A stretch of DNA of 64,000 bases from Ophelia neglecta. Taxonomy: Eukaryota. The position numbers and the translations under genes are program-made. Location of the stretch: contig OZ260664.1 in the NCBI GenBank assembly GCA_965285935.1, positions 54,932,001-54,996,000 on the forward strand, read 5' to 3'. This document shows, piece after piece, positions 62,558-64,000 of this stretch. Every line of letters starts with the position of its first letter. Positions within the stretch are counted from its first letter, which is position 1. A model generated the notes under the pieces. It did not search any database. It saw only the letters and a list, made by a program, of their open reading frames with translations, and was not told where the DNA came from.

Positions 62558-63915
62558 CTGTAACAGAACATCAATAGTCACATCATTTATAACCTAGTGA
62601 AAGCTTAGCAAGGCATGTTTCTGCTAAGTGTCCTTTGGTAATTTCTTGTTACATGTATTTCTTATATATATTACATTATATAGGGTACATAGGATATTTT
62701 GCATATTTACATGTATGACTTGAAACAACTCCAAAGGTGAACTGGTTCAGGGTGACTTAGATCTATGGTAAGATTTGTTTCTCGTTATGATTCAATGTCA
62801 TTTTATTTTGTGATTTAGTACTATAATAGTGAAAAATAAGGAAGCCCAAAGACATTTTTGAAGACATAAACTCAGAGGAAAGGAGTAAACAAAACAAGTA
62901 GATATCACTAGTAGATCTAGAGTCAGGGTCAGTCACAAGGCTCAGTGCCATTTTCTCTCCCCATTTTGCTACAGAGGGTTTAAAACATGTTTTTTCTATT
63001 GTGCCTGGAATAAACATTACAATCATGGTTTGGAATTATCATACTGCACAGAAAAAAACACAAGAAATTAAGAGAGTTACATAAAAACTAAAAAGGAGAG
63101 CCCCCTCCCCCTCATGTATGTGTGAGTTGCTAATCAAAATAAATGTGACATTAGCAAAATTGATTTATATGGCTGAGCTCTAGACTGAAAATAAACAAAC
63201 AGTGTGACTTGAGGACACAACACTTATAACTCTTTATAAGATACTACTTTACTTAACCATTTAATCAACCTAGTATTATTAAATAAGTGAAGCTACAGTG
63301 ATGACAAAAGCAAAAATTATATTTTTCACATGCAATAATAATATTAATTATTTCAGCATGCATACAAAACTTTCCTGTGTCCTTCTCTTGACCAACACCA
63401 ACTTTTCCGCCTAAAATATTTCAACGGCACATAAACTAACAAGGCAAGAATCACCCTCAATATAAACATGTGAACAGTAGTATACCTTGCCCTTAAAAAT
63501 TAAAGCCAACAAACAAAAAGATAAATGTTCAGTGACCCTTTGGACACAGCAGCCTTCTCCAGAGTGGAGTTAGATGTATTAGAGATGCTGACTGTTGACA
63601 GAGCTGATGTCCACAGACTTTCCTGATGATGGTTATTTGAGGTTGTATACAACTTGCTACATTAACTTGTACCAACTGCAGCCTCTTTTAAAGTGCACAG
63701 ATAGAGTTAGGTTGGCTTATAATAATACTGTTTAATATGGTTAGTTTATTAATAAACTAGTAAGGCATACACCAAATTACATAAACTTGTTCATAATATA
63801 AGTTATATAAAGATCATTAGTGAGTACAAAACCAGACCCAAATCTACATGAAAAAAGGCAGCCATTAAAAGAATTATTTGTTTACATATTTGAATTAAAA
63901 CAGATTTCAGCCTAC

Positions 63916-64000
63916 TTGTGAATTCATTGTCCAGTTCCCTCTCGTCGAGTTGAGACAGGTCCTCCTCGCTGGTGTCCTGGGCATGCTGCTGGCCCTTCTG
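63916..64000 (-). CDS. Nbea: Neurobeachin (NBEA/LRBA family) coding exon, truncated by the window edge; acidic linker before the PH domain (QKGQQHAQDTSEEDLSQLDERELDNEFT)
   Basis: Open frame from 64000 ending at donor A|GTAGGC (phase 1). This phase matches the next exon at 62557, giving ...EFT-T-GPVALS. Confidence 0.8.

Noticed and set aside
63535-63660. Ser/Thr-rich open frame on the minus strand as an extra neurobeachin exon
   Set aside because: No phase-1 acceptor with a pyrimidine tract, and the flanking exons already join in frame.

Overview
Eukaryotic genomic DNA from an invertebrate animal (probably a spiralian/lophotrochozoan; this is inferred from protein similarity only). The window holds part of a neurobeachin (NBEA/LRBA-family) gene on the minus strand: 11 GT-AG coding exons that join in frame to about 510 aa, covering the PH domain, the BEACH domain and the start of the WD40 region. 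Nine of the ten introns between these exons are 179-1358 bp. The tenth (4218-62417) is 58.2 kb and splits the PH domain. Inside it, on the plus strand, lies a complete two-exon mab-21 gene (359 aa). This matches the nested MAB21L1/NBEA and MAB21L2/LRBA arrangement of vertebrates, but here the mab-21 coding sequence has an intron. The rest of the giant intron has no recognisable protein-coding or transposase ORF. It is CpG-rich, unlike the CpG-poor neurobeachin flanks, and carries a strongly over-represented TAGGCCTA palindrome. It also contains a compact array of four perfect nuclear-receptor half-sites (DR2-DR5-DR4) next to Su(H), YY1 and E-box motifs. Together these features suggest an unmethylated regulatory domain for mab-21 held inside a methylated host gene. 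A few MITE and Helitron remnants and minisatellites are also present. No rRNA, tRNA or CRISPR features were recognised.
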